Shown here piece by piece: positions 10,166 through 19,438 of a DNA stretch of 43,887 nucleotides. A program made the position numbers and the translations under genes. Under the pieces are notes generated by a model. The model was not told the origin of the DNA. It saw only the letters and a list, made by a program, of their open reading frames with translations, and ran no database searches. The DNA comes from a virus (lineage: Duplodnaviria > Caudoviricetes): positions 1 through 43,887 of the IMG/VR virus record IMGVR_UViG_3300005077_000035; one strand, 5' to 3'. Each line of letters begins with the position of its first letter. Position 1 is the stretch's first letter.

Positions 10166-10196
10166 AAGAGGGGACTATATGTCCCCTTTTTATTTT
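10164..10196. terminator. Intrinsic terminator at the convergence of the two arms (probably bidirectional)
   Basis: AAAAG-AGGGGAC-TATAT-GTCCCCT-TTTTATTTT. Confidence 0.8.
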
Positions 10197-10287
10197 GCTT
10201 TATTATAGGCTTCAACAATAGAACGGGTCTCTTGCATGAGGCAACCTTTTATTTTACAGATAGGCATACCCATATCAAAGACCCTTC

Positions 10288-10851
10288 TTACCTCCAAACC
10301 TTCTGATATATCCCACGAGTTAATTCAATGTCATAACTCGCATCATGTGTCTTTGAGGCATCGACATCAATGCCGAGTTGTTTCGCCACAGTGACAAGCT
10401 TAAAGTCTGGCATCTTAGCCCGTTCCTGTTTGAGATACATCGTGGCTAAAACTGCAACGTCGATAGGAGGCCAGAAGAAGTACGAGCCATAATATTTGTG
10501 GTTATGCTTGGCGAACCATGCTCTAAGGAAGCCATCATCGAAGTTGGCATTGAACCCGATGAAGAAGATCTTATCCTCTTTCTTGAACTTATCAACAGTC
10601 CTATCGAGTAGAGAGATGAACTCACTAAATACCTCATTGTGATTCTTAAAGTTTTTAATCTCCTGCACTGACACACCTGTTACTTTAAGTGCCTCACTTT
10701 CAATGACGTCTTTTTCAAAGACGGTCATCTTATAATTAAAACGGTCAACTACCTCGCCACCAACTTCCAGCATTCCTGAGAGTTGGAACAGTCCATTTTT
10801 GTAAGGATTAGTTCCGGTTGTCTCAACGTCTATGAACATCTCCTTAATCAT
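10288..10851 (-). CDS. DEDDh 3'-5' exonuclease (DNA pol III epsilon-like)
   Basis: Motifs DVETTG, GFNANFD and HDASYD. Confidence 0.9.
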   Translation of the reverse strand: MIKEMFIDVETTGTNPYKNGLFQLSGMLEVGGEVVDRFNYKMTVFEKDVIESEALKVTGVSVQEIKNFKNHNEVFSEFISLLDRTVDKFKKEDKIFFIGFNANFDDGFLRAWFAKHNHKYYGSYFFWPPIDVAVLATMYLKQERAKMPDFKLVTVAKQLGIDVDASKTHDASYDIELTRGIYQKVWR

Positions 10852-11204
10852 CTGTTATCTCCTTCTCCTTTAATAACTCCCCTATCCATTCTGTCCTTAA
10901 GCTTTTCAATGTTAGCCAAACAGATAGCTTCAAGGTCAATTTGAAGATCACTGCAGAAAGCGGCGACATACCACATGACATCGCCTATTTCTTTCTTCAC
11001 CTCCTCCATCACCTTTTGAGGTACTGTATGTACTGACAGCTCAGTCTGTTCCTGATCCCTGAATACCTTCTTTAACTTATTACATAGCTCACCAACCTCA
11101 CCCGCCAAGCCAAGTAATGGATACACAACAGTTGCTTGTTTTGGATAGATTGCTGTCCTACGAGCTGCCACTTGGTACTCTCTTATTGTCATAAAGTCAC
11201 TCAT
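10848..11204 (-). CDS. mazG: MazG-like nucleotide pyrophosphohydrolase
   Basis: Motifs LGLAGEVGEL, KEIGDVMWY, NIEKLKDR and GEGDNR. Confidence 0.9.
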   Translation of the reverse strand: MSDFMTIREYQVAARRTAIYPKQATVVYPLLGLAGEVGELCNKLKKVFRDQEQTELSVHTVPQKVMEEVKKEIGDVMWYVAAFCSDLQIDLEAICLANIEKLKDRMDRGVIKGEGDNR

Positions 11205-12399
11205 CTAAATTCCTTTCCTCTTTAAATTTAACTATAAAATCTCTAAAGCCGTCGATTTGTGATCTATCTATTTCTATCAACTTTCCCCTTTCTAATGTCG
11301 CTATAATTGTGCACATGGTGTTACTATCTGCATCATTCCAGAATTGATTAACAAGTTCAGAGAATGGTATTTCACCTCTCATCTTAGTCACTTCAAGTAC
11401 TCGTTGCATAACAGCGGCTGTCTTACTCCTACCCACACCAGCAAATGCCTTTGGCATCTTAACCTCTGTCTCTTCTAACAGGAGGAGTGATTGGTTAAAG
11501 TCTTCCTCAGTAATAATCATCCCACCATTACGAGCTGCATTCATTACCATGCAGAGTTTCAAAATGTGTGTTGCCCTTCTTTCGATGTAGCCAGCCATTT
11601 TAAAGTCGTTCTGCATAGGTATTTCCTGCTGTGTTGGATACCACTGCTCCCATCGCCTGCGGAAGGACTCGGAAGTTTCAAACTCTCCATATAACATCCT
11701 CATTGATTGGAGATCAGCTATAAGTTTATCCCTGAGCGGTTGCCTCTTTTCTCTATTCAGGAATGGGAAGATGACAATCTTCTCCTTCTTCTCAGCTACA
11801 ACGTAGATGATACGTGAGTTGAGTCCTCCACCAAACGACTCTCTTGGTAAACTATCTTGGAGGAGGATAGGAGTTGTAGCGCCTATGAGATTTAACCAGA
11901 CGCCATCTATGTAATTCTTACCCTGATGTTTGGTCTCATACTCCCAATGGTCAAGGCAGTCATACCAGTTGGCGAGGAGCTGCATCTTCTCCTTATCATT
12001 GTATCCGATGAAGACTGTGAATTCTTCCGAGTAGATGTTAGCCTCAGCAGCTATGTGCATCTGCCCATCTGGTGTTGTATAAGGGTCTTGCATCTCCTGC
12101 ATCTTCTCTATCATCCTCTGTGTTGTGATGGAGTCAGGGATTATTTTAATCCCAATCTCACGAAGCATTTCCTTTCCAGGACTCATAGCAGTGCCTTTTC
12201 TACAGCCTGCTGGTCCAACAAGGAGGATGAAAAAGTTTGGGTAAACTTGCTTTTCCCAAGAGATATACACCCGTCTGCCTAAAGCAGATGCTATTAAGTT
12301 AACTGCAACCCATTTATGGTAAAGTATAGGAGATTCAGAATCTTCCATGTAGTCAAGCCAGCCATTATACCAATTAGGAAGTTTTCTTGGTTGCTTCAA
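11197..12399 (-). CDS. DUF3987-like P-loop ATPase / replicative helicase candidate
   Basis: Walker A GPAGCRKGT, YSEEF, GATTP and GGLNSR; downstream of the DNA polymerase. Confidence 0.7.
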   Translation of the reverse strand: MKQPRKLPNWYNGWLDYMEDSESPILYHKWVAVNLIASALGRRVYISWEKQVYPNFFILLVGPAGCRKGTAMSPGKEMLREIGIKIIPDSITTQRMIEKMQEMQDPYTTPDGQMHIAAEANIYSEEFTVFIGYNDKEKMQLLANWYDCLDHWEYETKHQGKNYIDGVWLNLIGATTPILLQDSLPRESFGGGLNSRIIYVVAEKKEKIVIFPFLNREKRQPLRDKLIADLQSMRMLYGEFETSESFRRRWEQWYPTQQEIPMQNDFKMAGYIERRATHILKLCMVMNAARNGGMIITEEDFNQSLLLLEETEVKMPKAFAGVGRSKTAAVMQRVLEVTKMRGEIPFSELVNQFWNDADSNTMCTIIATLERGKLIEIDRSQIDGFRDFIVKFKEERNLDE

Positions 12400-12408
12400 A
12401 AGTACCCC

Positions 12409-12834
12409 CTACGAAACTATCATAAGAGAACAAGTTGTTACAAGGACTTGTATCTTCTCTGAGCCTATGATTTTTGATTTGGGCATGTCTGATATTTCAA
12501 ACCACTGCCTTGCAAGGAAACATATCTGCGTCTCTGATGTCGGAAGGTGTCCCATTTGTTTGAGATAGCCGTTCATTTCCTCTTGCTTTGACTCTTTCAC
12601 TTCCGATATCCCACCGAAGACAGCCTGATAAAGAACAGCATATTTAATAGCTGACATGGCTTTTGAAATGTCTGACTCTATTGGAGAGACAAAGGTCATA
12701 AACCTATTGCCCTCTACATGCATACTATTCTGAGTTACCACATTTGTCAGCCATTGGTTTAACCAGATATGGTTAGTCAAAAGCCACTCTCTCCTCTCTT
12801 CTGGTGAAAAGTTTAATGGACTTTTATCCGTCAT
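12409..12834 (-). CDS. Hypothetical protein
   Basis: 141-aa ORF overlapping the polymerase stop, with SD GGAGG. Confidence 0.6.
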   Translation of the reverse strand: MTDKSPLNFSPEERREWLLTNHIWLNQWLTNVVTQNSMHVEGNRFMTFVSPIESDISKAMSAIKYAVLYQAVFGGISEVKESKQEEMNGYLKQMGHLPTSETQICFLARQWFEISDMPKSKIIGSEKIQVLVTTCSLMIVS

Positions 12835-15254
12835 AACGCCTCCTTCTTGAAGTACTCACTTAGTTGTTCTGACAGGTCTTTGTTAAAAGACAACTTCTTC
12901 ATATCCTTAAGGTTTTTGTCACTTACCTTGAACTCAGCAGGAATGCTAAACTCATAAGGATGCCAGAAAAGTTTTTGTGTCAGCATATTATTTAACGACT
13001 TTACTATCTTAACGTGCTCTGCTAAACCAGCAGATATAGGAACTTCAAAGTCAATGCTATCATGGACTTGTCTCAACAAGATGCCCTTGCTATACATTGG
13101 GTCGTAGTAAAACGGGATGATACCCCAGCGATTTATAATATCACTTGTATGTGATTGAGGGATGAAGGCATAGGCAGTGTTGAATAGTTGATCATCCCAC
13201 CTATCAAGGAAGAAATAAGAGCGCCCGAAGAAGTTGGTCAGTCGACGACTTTTATACAGTTTTGCTTTAACCCATGTATGGAAGCTTTGCTGTATTCCAG
13301 GATAACTACGATGGTAAGAGTCCCAAAGTATTTGCCCCTCCGACTCCGATATTTCAAGCATGAAGCTAAATAGCTTATTGCCCATACCGTAGTTGAGGGC
13401 ATGGTTGCACTTCTTACCCCAATACCTGTGCGTTTGATCTCCATAGCCTGTTGGTGCTTTGACCTGCTCCGCATCCATAGCTATTATCTCATCCATAGGG
13501 ATTCCATAAATGAGGCTTGCTGTTTTAGCATGAGGGTCTAAGCCCTGTTCAAAGGTATAGATCATGGTATTCTCTGGTGCTATATAAGCCACTGAACGAT
13601 TGTCAGCTTGGGCAAGGTCGACAGAGTAAATCAGGTAACCTTCGTCGCGAATGAAGAACTTGTTTAGTTCTTTTGGCTGATTCTGACTATTAGTGCCAAA
13701 ACCGAATAGGTCTTTTGAACTTGACAGCCTGCCCATTTCAGTAATGGGACTGTAGAAACAACAAAACCTCCCGTCTTTGTAGGCGATGTCGAAGTAGGTA
13801 GAAATGAGTTTTGTTTGATGTCTTATGGCAAGGATAAGTCTAGCTTCATCAAAACCTTTTCTGGCTATCCTTTTAAGTGCCCCTTCATCTGTGGTAATAG
13901 CACCTGTTTTCCTGTTCTTATACGGCGTGACCTTCTTCTTAACATAAAAGTATTCAGCTACTTGATCGGTTGAGTTTGGATTAATGGGAAAGCCAACAAG
14001 CTTATTGAGCTCTTCCTTAAACAATTCCCTTTTCTCTTCGGCTTCTACTTTCGCCTTCTTTAACCCTTCAATGTCAACTTTGATTCCCCTATTTCCCATT
14101 AAGATACAGGGCTCAATTAACCTTTCGTGCATCCGCATCGTTTCACTGTTGCCAAGTTGACGAACATCTTTGAGGATGAGAGGTGCAGCCTCTGCTACTA
14201 CTGCTGAGTCCTTCGCATTGTAAAGCCAAAAGTCCCGTTCAATGCCTCCTATTTTCATGTAACTTTTCCCTTCATCCTTGTAGTAGGGCTCTCGTGTTCT
14301 GACGGAGGTTATATAGTCAAGTCCTGCAGGGAGACCAGGATAGGTAAGCTTCTGTCCTATCATAGTATCTGCTATGTTCTTCACGACTATTCCAAGCTTG
14401 TCGTAGAGGACGGATGAATCAAAGGCAAGGTTCTGTCCATACTTAACAATCCTTTGATCTTCAAGGATGGAAGCGATGAGAAGCCAAACTTCAGTCTCTT
14501 GGTCAGGGTCGAAGTATGGACGTCCATCCTTGATGAATGGGATACTCATCGACGTGTTTGGTTCATGTGCAAATGAGATACAGCTTACCTCGTAGGAGAC
14601 AAGCTCAATGTCAAATGAAACTCTCCTCAGCTTACTTTCTTTTATAAACTTTAGGTAGTTAACTACTTCGAGGAAACTCGGTTCAAGTAAATAGTTCCTT
14701 TGAGGCAATCTGAGTTCTGGAAATTCCGCTTCTTCTCTTACCTTCTGCAGGTCTATTATTATACTATGTTTGTACATATACTCTCTAAGGATAGCTGCAG
14801 GATGTATGGTTGGAATGACTTTCTTATTCAATGAGGTTGACCATAGTATGGAGCCTCTTAGCTTGGTAATTCCTGCTCTCATACCACCGAGAACTGCACA
14901 GGTAGCGGCTGTACCAAGTGGAACTATTACGTTGAATGTACCCTTTTTCAATTCAGCAAGGAGTTCATTGGCAAAGTCCAACCCCTCAGGGGTGAACTTA
15001 TTACCTTCAAAGAGATATATCTGTCCATAAGCTATTATCTCTTTTCCCTTTACTGGTTTAGAGACTTCGAACTTAAACAAGTTGGTGATGTACAACTCTT
15101 GTCTGTTTATTATGGCTTGTATTAACAGGGAGTTAAGTTGCTGTCCAGCTCTCCCAACGAATGGGATGCCCTGATAAATTTCTTCATTCGCCGGAGCTTC
15201 TCCAACTATAGCAATTTTTGAGTTAAGACTCCCGATTGGTGGAACTGTTCTCAT
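12831..15254 (-). CDS. polA: Family A DNA polymerase with N-terminal family-4 uracil-DNA-glycosylase-like domain and 3'-5' exonuclease
   Basis: UDG motifs IVGEAP, FVGRAG and PTIHPAAIL; exonuclease motifs FDIE, NLAFD and YNAKD; polymerase motifs GRLSSS, DLAQAD (A), RYWGKKCNHALNYG (B) and QVHDS (C). Confidence 0.92.
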   Translation of the reverse strand: MRTVPPIGSLNSKIAIVGEAPANEEIYQGIPFVGRAGQQLNSLLIQAIINRQELYITNLFKFEVSKPVKGKEIIAYGQIYLFEGNKFTPEGLDFANELLAELKKGTFNVIVPLGTAATCAVLGGMRAGITKLRGSILWSTSLNKKVIPTIHPAAILREYMYKHSIIIDLQKVREEAEFPELRLPQRNYLLEPSFLEVVNYLKFIKESKLRRVSFDIELVSYEVSCISFAHEPNTSMSIPFIKDGRPYFDPDQETEVWLLIASILEDQRIVKYGQNLAFDSSVLYDKLGIVVKNIADTMIGQKLTYPGLPAGLDYITSVRTREPYYKDEGKSYMKIGGIERDFWLYNAKDSAVVAEAAPLILKDVRQLGNSETMRMHERLIEPCILMGNRGIKVDIEGLKKAKVEAEEKRELFKEELNKLVGFPINPNSTDQVAEYFYVKKKVTPYKNRKTGAITTDEGALKRIARKGFDEARLILAIRHQTKLISTYFDIAYKDGRFCCFYSPITEMGRLSSSKDLFGFGTNSQNQPKELNKFFIRDEGYLIYSVDLAQADNRSVAYIAPENTMIYTFEQGLDPHAKTASLIYGIPMDEIIAMDAEQVKAPTGYGDQTHRYWGKKCNHALNYGMGNKLFSFMLEISESEGQILWDSYHRSYPGIQQSFHTWVKAKLYKSRRLTNFFGRSYFFLDRWDDQLFNTAYAFIPQSHTSDIINRWGIIPFYYDPMYSKGILLRQVHDSIDFEVPISAGLAEHVKIVKSLNNMLTQKLFWHPYEFSIPAEFKVSDKNLKDMKKLSFNKDLSEQLSEYFKKEAL

Positions 15255-15313
15255 ACCAGAACCCCTTTATTTTTACTTTTTCTATCTTTATCTTTAACTT
15301 CACGTTGGTCTCC

Positions 15314-16807
15314 TTACTTAAGGTGTTTTTTAAGTGATGCTACATACTTCGCTTTGTAGTCGGCTGAAAGGTCAAAGCCAATAGCTCTGCATTGGAAGTT
15401 GAATCCTGCTATCAATGTTTTACCAGAACCACAGAATGGAACGAGGATGGAACTTCCTGGTAAGGTAAAGGTCTTTATCAACTCCTCCATCAGCTCCAGG
15501 GGTTTCTCATGTGGGTGGACTCTTTGTCCTATTGGGTAGGGTGGAAAGTCAAAGCTGTCGGTATGCACATTCTTTATCACAGCATTGCCCTTTCTGAAAT
15601 AAAAGAAAGGTTCCATGCTATGTCTGAGGTTGTATGAGGGAGCTGATGTGAAAGCGTGAGCTGATCCTTTAACCCACTTTCCCGTATGAAAGGTTGTTTT
15701 AAATCCAGCTTCTTGACCCCATAACTGAATCTCTTTAAAGTACTCTTGTCCAAACCAGACAACTATCCAACTATTTGGCTTCATTACTCTGAAGCACTCT
15801 TTCAATGTCGTCTGCATCAACTTCGGATATGCCTCACGGTTGACTCGGAAGTAGTTCCCAAACTCTACCTCTCTATCTTTGGTGATGGAGTTGTTTGGTG
15901 TTTCCTCTTCTATCGGATAGTCAATGTCGCAGTCAATGAAGTCAATGGTTTCATCGGGAACTTTCTTAACCAGTTCGAAGAAATCGCCAACGATGTAACT
16001 TTTCTCAAACACCTCTAATTCAGAACCTTTTGAAGCTGCTATTTCATCCTTGACTTCTTTCACCTGTTGGGCTACTTGGACTTTCTTTTTCGCCTCTGCT
16101 ATAGCCTTCTTAATATCTGAACGAGTTGCCAGGTGTTTCAGTTCAGGGACGGCATCCATCCACTTTGCAAGTTCGACGTCCTCTGAAGCCTTCCCAACTG
16201 AAATGTCCAACATCTTAGCTGTGTCCCTTAAAGAGTGTCCTTTAGCACCTGGACCAGGAGACGACTTCTTTCCATACAATGACTCGTATAGGTTGTGGAT
16301 AGCGGCAAGGCTTTTTATTCTTTCCGCTTCGGTGATGTCCTTCCGACGATAGTTCTCTTCGAACTCAATTAAGCTTGACTCATATCCATTGAGCTTTGAG
16401 GAAGCGGGGTAGACGCGAGCAAGGATTGTTTCTTTTTCAAGCTGCTCCATTGCCATCGTTCTCCTTCCACCTGCAAGGAGGTAGTAGTCAAACCCTGTTA
16501 CATCTTTGGCGGCGTCTGTATATTCCATAACTGCTATTGGCATAATTAAGCCATTCTTTATAATAGATGTCTTAAGGGATGCCATATCTCCATAGTCCTC
16601 ACGGCGTCTGCCTGTTCTGTTTATTCTGTGTATTGGAATTTCTTTAAGCTCAGCTTTGAGTTCTGACAGGTTACGGATGCTTACCGGTGGCAGTTCTACT
16701 TTATCATCCTGCTCTTGTTCAGCCCCTTCAGCCTCTAATGGCTCAACTTCATCGAAGATTACTTCATTCTCTGGAGACAGTTCGTCATCAAAATCAGCGT
16801 GCATCAT
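15314..16807 (-). CDS. ParB-like (ParB/Srx + HTH) domain fused to beta-class amino-DNA-methyltransferase domain
   Basis: ParB motifs SIIKNGLIMPI, LLAGGRRTMA and EENYRRKD; HTH SLRDTAKMLDISVGKASE; MTase motifs CDIDYP (DPPY position), HPHEKP and PFCGSG. Confidence 0.85.
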   Translation of the reverse strand: MMHADFDDELSPENEVIFDEVEPLEAEGAEQEQDDKVELPPVSIRNLSELKAELKEIPIHRINRTGRRREDYGDMASLKTSIIKNGLIMPIAVMEYTDAAKDVTGFDYYLLAGGRRTMAMEQLEKETILARVYPASSKLNGYESSLIEFEENYRRKDITEAERIKSLAAIHNLYESLYGKKSSPGPGAKGHSLRDTAKMLDISVGKASEDVELAKWMDAVPELKHLATRSDIKKAIAEAKKKVQVAQQVKEVKDEIAASKGSELEVFEKSYIVGDFFELVKKVPDETIDFIDCDIDYPIEEETPNNSITKDREVEFGNYFRVNREAYPKLMQTTLKECFRVMKPNSWIVVWFGQEYFKEIQLWGQEAGFKTTFHTGKWVKGSAHAFTSAPSYNLRHSMEPFFYFRKGNAVIKNVHTDSFDFPPYPIGQRVHPHEKPLELMEELIKTFTLPGSSILVPFCGSGKTLIAGFNFQCRAIGFDLSADYKAKYVASLKKHLK

Positions 16808-17055
16808 AGCTTTTCTCCTAATGCTAATAGTAGTTGTTTAATCTTTTCAGGGTCTTTCAATACCTCTTTCTTAACTTTCAAAGCGGCTTCCTTCTTCTTG
16901 CTCTGCTTAATAACGACGTCGCCTGAAGCTGATACAACCTTTTGCTGTTTCACAACTTTAGGTATAGCCCGCCTTCTCCGCATTTCAAGAATGGTATTGA
17001 GTGCACTTTGTCTGTCTAAAGAGCTGATTGAAGGTTTAAGGTCTTGGAGTTGCAT
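16804..17055 (-). CDS. Hypothetical basic protein
   Basis: 83 aa, K/R-rich, SD AGGAG, overlaps the next gene. Confidence 0.6.
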   Translation of the reverse strand: MQLQDLKPSISSLDRQSALNTILEMRRRRAIPKVVKQQKVVSASGDVVIKQSKKKEAALKVKKEVLKDPEKIKQLLLALGEKL

Positions 17056-17299
17056 TCTTATCTCCTACAGCCTGCGCTGTTTTACACCATTCGAGGAGTT
17101 CTATCTTGTGCTCTACTATGGCACTAATGAGGAGAATCCTCTGGTGAGGGTCTATTTTTTCAAGGAGGTTAATTAGGTCGTCTGTTATAGAAGCGTAGAG
17201 AGCATTCTTAATACGCCAACTTCCGAGCAACTTATTGAGTCTCATCATGGCGTCTTCTGAAATGTCGATTGAGAGGCGGGGTCTATAATAAGGGTTCAC
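17036..17299 (-). CDS. Hypothetical protein (possible ribbon-helix-helix DNA-binding protein)
   Basis: GTG start with AAGGAG SD; N-terminal RPRLSIDIS strand followed by helices. Confidence 0.5.
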   Translation of the reverse strand: MNPYYRPRLSIDISEDAMMRLNKLLGSWRIKNALYASITDDLINLLEKIDPHQRILLISAIVEHKIELLEWCKTAQAVGDKNATPRP

Positions 17300-17324
17300 C
17301 GCGACTCCTTTCTGTATTAGTTGT

Positions 17325-17663
17325 TTAACTAAAGAACAGATAGAGGAGTGCGGCTACTATGGCAGAGGTAAAAAGAAAAACTGAAAAGTTAAAAAGCTTT
17401 GTTAACTTCCTCTGATACGCTTCCTCTATGTCCTTGTGTTTTAATAGGAACTCATCATAGTTCTTGTTCACTATTGTGTCCTTGTACTTGTCACCATGTT
17501 GGTGTCTTGTATCTACACACTCGCCTTTGCGGTTGATGTAAGTCCAACCACATCCGGCGCAGGGCATATAGATGTTAGCGTCCTCAGGAGCTATGTTAGC
17601 TAAGTCGCTACTATTCTTGTTGTGCAACTCCCTGTTGCATTGTAGGCAGTATTTATCACTCAC
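17325..17663 (-). CDS. Cys-rich hypothetical protein with C-terminal TM segment
   Basis: CLQC and CAGC motifs; hydrophobic C-terminus; likely GTG start at 17663. Confidence 0.55.
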   Translation of the reverse strand: MSDKYCLQCNRELHNKNSSDLANIAPEDANIYMPCAGCGWTYINRKGECVDTRHQHGDKYKDTIVNKNYDEFLLKHKDIEEAYQRKLTKLFNFSVFLFTSAIVAALLYLFFS

Positions 17664-17847
17664 TTTTGACTGCTCCAATTATTGTGAGGTGGTCGAGGAA
17701 AGCCTTTTCTTCACAGTCAGGGCTTTTCCTTTTATGCTTTCTCTGAATGTCGTCGAGGAGCTGTTTAATATTGAAAGTGTCCTGAGGATCAGACTTGAAA
17801 CTATTACCACATATGGAACACTTAACTATTAATGATGAACGAGGCAT
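17656..17847 (-). CDS. Small Zn-binding hypothetical protein
   Basis: CSIC...HKRKSPDC; SD AGGAGG. Confidence 0.55.
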   Translation of the reverse strand: MPRSSLIVKCSICGNSFKSDPQDTFNIKQLLDDIQRKHKRKSPDCEEKAFLDHLTIIGAVKSE

Positions 17848-17881
17848 CTTATCGCCCTCCTTTTTATCCTTGTAGAGCTGT

Positions 17882-17916
17882 AAAATAAAAAGAGGCGGCT
17901 ATTACACCGCCCCCTT
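17882..17916 (-). terminator. Intrinsic terminator after the SSB-like gene
   Basis: Minus strand GGGGGCGG-TGTAATAG-CCGCCTCT-TTTTATTTT. Confidence 0.7.
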
Positions 17917-17922
17917 GTTAGG

Positions 17923-18321
17923 TTAACGCTTACTGATGTAGCGTGCTACTTCATTGACTTCCTCGCCGGATTCGCGAGTTCCGACTTTCAGAACTGCCCA
18001 ACCTTCAAGACCAGCCCACTCTTCGGGGTTACCTGGATTGGCGGGGTCAAGACCAAAGCAACTGCAAAGGTCTTTAATGTTACGGAGAAGGTTGTTACGC
18101 TTCCGCTCATCATCTTCTGGAAGAGGGAAAGCGTGGTTGATGAAGATGTTCTTTGCATTTGTTTGACCATTGATCTCAGCGATGACTTCAAGGACGTCGC
18201 GAGATGAACTCTTTGACGGCTTTATCTTCGCCGCCGTAATCCTCAACTGATACTCTTCACCACCAGGTACGATTGAAAGATCGGGGACTGCATCAAGGTG
18301 CAGGTCTAATAAACTTGACAT
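17923..18321 (-). CDS. Putative single-stranded DNA-binding protein (DUF669-like)
   Basis: PGGEEYQLRITAAK...NEVARY pattern; follows the Sak4-like ATPase and nuclease, the usual recombination triad. Confidence 0.6.
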   Translation of the reverse strand: MSSLLDLHLDAVPDLSIVPGGEEYQLRITAAKIKPSKSSSRDVLEVIAEINGQTNAKNIFINHAFPLPEDDERKRNNLLRNIKDLCSCFGLDPANPGNPEEWAGLEGWAVLKVGTRESGEEVNEVARYISKR

Positions 18322-18346
18322 AAAAACTCCTTTTGTTTAATGGTTT

Positions 18347-18371
18347 AGTTTGTTCATTTGATGAACGATCT
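18347..18371. repeat. Dispersed 25-bp palindrome, copy 2 (AGTTTGTTCATTTGATGAACGATCT)
   Basis: Intergenic, upstream of the SSB-like gene RBS. Confidence 0.85.
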
Positions 18372-18383
18372 GGCTTTTAACTT

Positions 18384-19235
18384 TTACTTCTGCGGGGGCT
18401 GTTCTCCTTGTGTCTTGGTTTTACTTATCATTGGAAAGAATGGCTTATCCTCTATGGGAAAGCCTACCTTTTTCAATATCTCTTTCAGATTCGGTACTTC
18501 TATCGGTAATAATTTACCCTGTGCTCCGAGTTGAGTCGATGCACGGAAGCGACCCTCGTCCACCGTTAACAGTTCACGAGCTACACCCTTTGAGGTTTGC
18601 TTTTTTCTCAGGACGTACTTCTCTGTGAACATGATCGGGATTCTGCTTTTTAGCTTGGAGAAGGTATCGCGTTCCGATCTGATCCCTTTAGTCACTTCAT
18701 CCACTTCATCGACGAGGTGTCCGGTGTAAATGAAGTCACATCCCTGAGAGGAACTGAGTTGGATTACGTCGAGGAGGATGTTATAGATGACTGGATAGTC
18801 CTGTATTTGGAGCTGTCCATCAATCCTCCCTCTCCTTTTGGCGTACTGATTTACTAACGCTTGAAGGTGGAGTGTACCGGAGTCAATGGCATATGTACCG
18901 AAGTTTTTCAGGAAGCCACTCTTTATATCTTCCTGCCAGGCTTTCTCCCACCGGTCGTACTCAACAGGTTTAGCTGATTGCTCAGACCAAAAGGGGCGGA
19001 TGATAATTCCTCCCTTCTCCCTTAACTCTCTGAGCTTTGGGTCACTTTCTATTACGACAGTCCCACGCGGGTCAAAGCTGTCGATGAGGACTGGGAGGCG
19101 ACCGGTACAACAGAACGTTGTCTTTCCAACTCCAAATAGTCCCATTATGAGGCAGGAAAAGTTAGTATCTACCCCTTTCATATTCTCATAAAAGGTTTGT
19201 AGGTCTTGAATTTTGTCTATGTCTACTTGTAGCAT
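18384..19235 (-). CDS. AAA_24 / Sak4-like ATPase (recombinase candidate)
   Basis: Walker A GLFGVGKT, Walker B YAIDS, IYTGH. Confidence 0.8.
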   Translation of the reverse strand: MLQVDIDKIQDLQTFYENMKGVDTNFSCLIMGLFGVGKTTFCCTGRLPVLIDSFDPRGTVVIESDPKLRELREKGGIIIRPFWSEQSAKPVEYDRWEKAWQEDIKSGFLKNFGTYAIDSGTLHLQALVNQYAKRRGRIDGQLQIQDYPVIYNILLDVIQLSSSQGCDFIYTGHLVDEVDEVTKGIRSERDTFSKLKSRIPIMFTEKYVLRKKQTSKGVARELLTVDEGRFRASTQLGAQGKLLPIEVPNLKEILKKVGFPIEDKPFFPMISKTKTQGEQPPQK

Positions 19236-19438
19236 TATGGCTTGCTCCTTCTCTGGTAGTCTGGTAACCCATTATTGAGGGCTGACAACTCTTCCTTTGT
19301 CGGTCTTTCGTCAGTTGACTTTTCCCTCCAACCCTGTCTATCACCGATGAAAACTTTCATCTGACTCCCCTTACTCCCTTTCACCATGAGGGTGGCTTGG
19401 TAGAGAGTTCCTATCGACTTCATGCTGAGTAGTTCCAT
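19235..19438 (-). CDS. Hypothetical protein
   Basis: 67 aa, SD GGAG, translationally coupled to its neighbours. Confidence 0.5.
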   Translation of the reverse strand: MELLSMKSIGTLYQATLMVKGSKGSQMKVFIGDRQGWREKSTDERPTKEELSALNNGLPDYQRRSKP

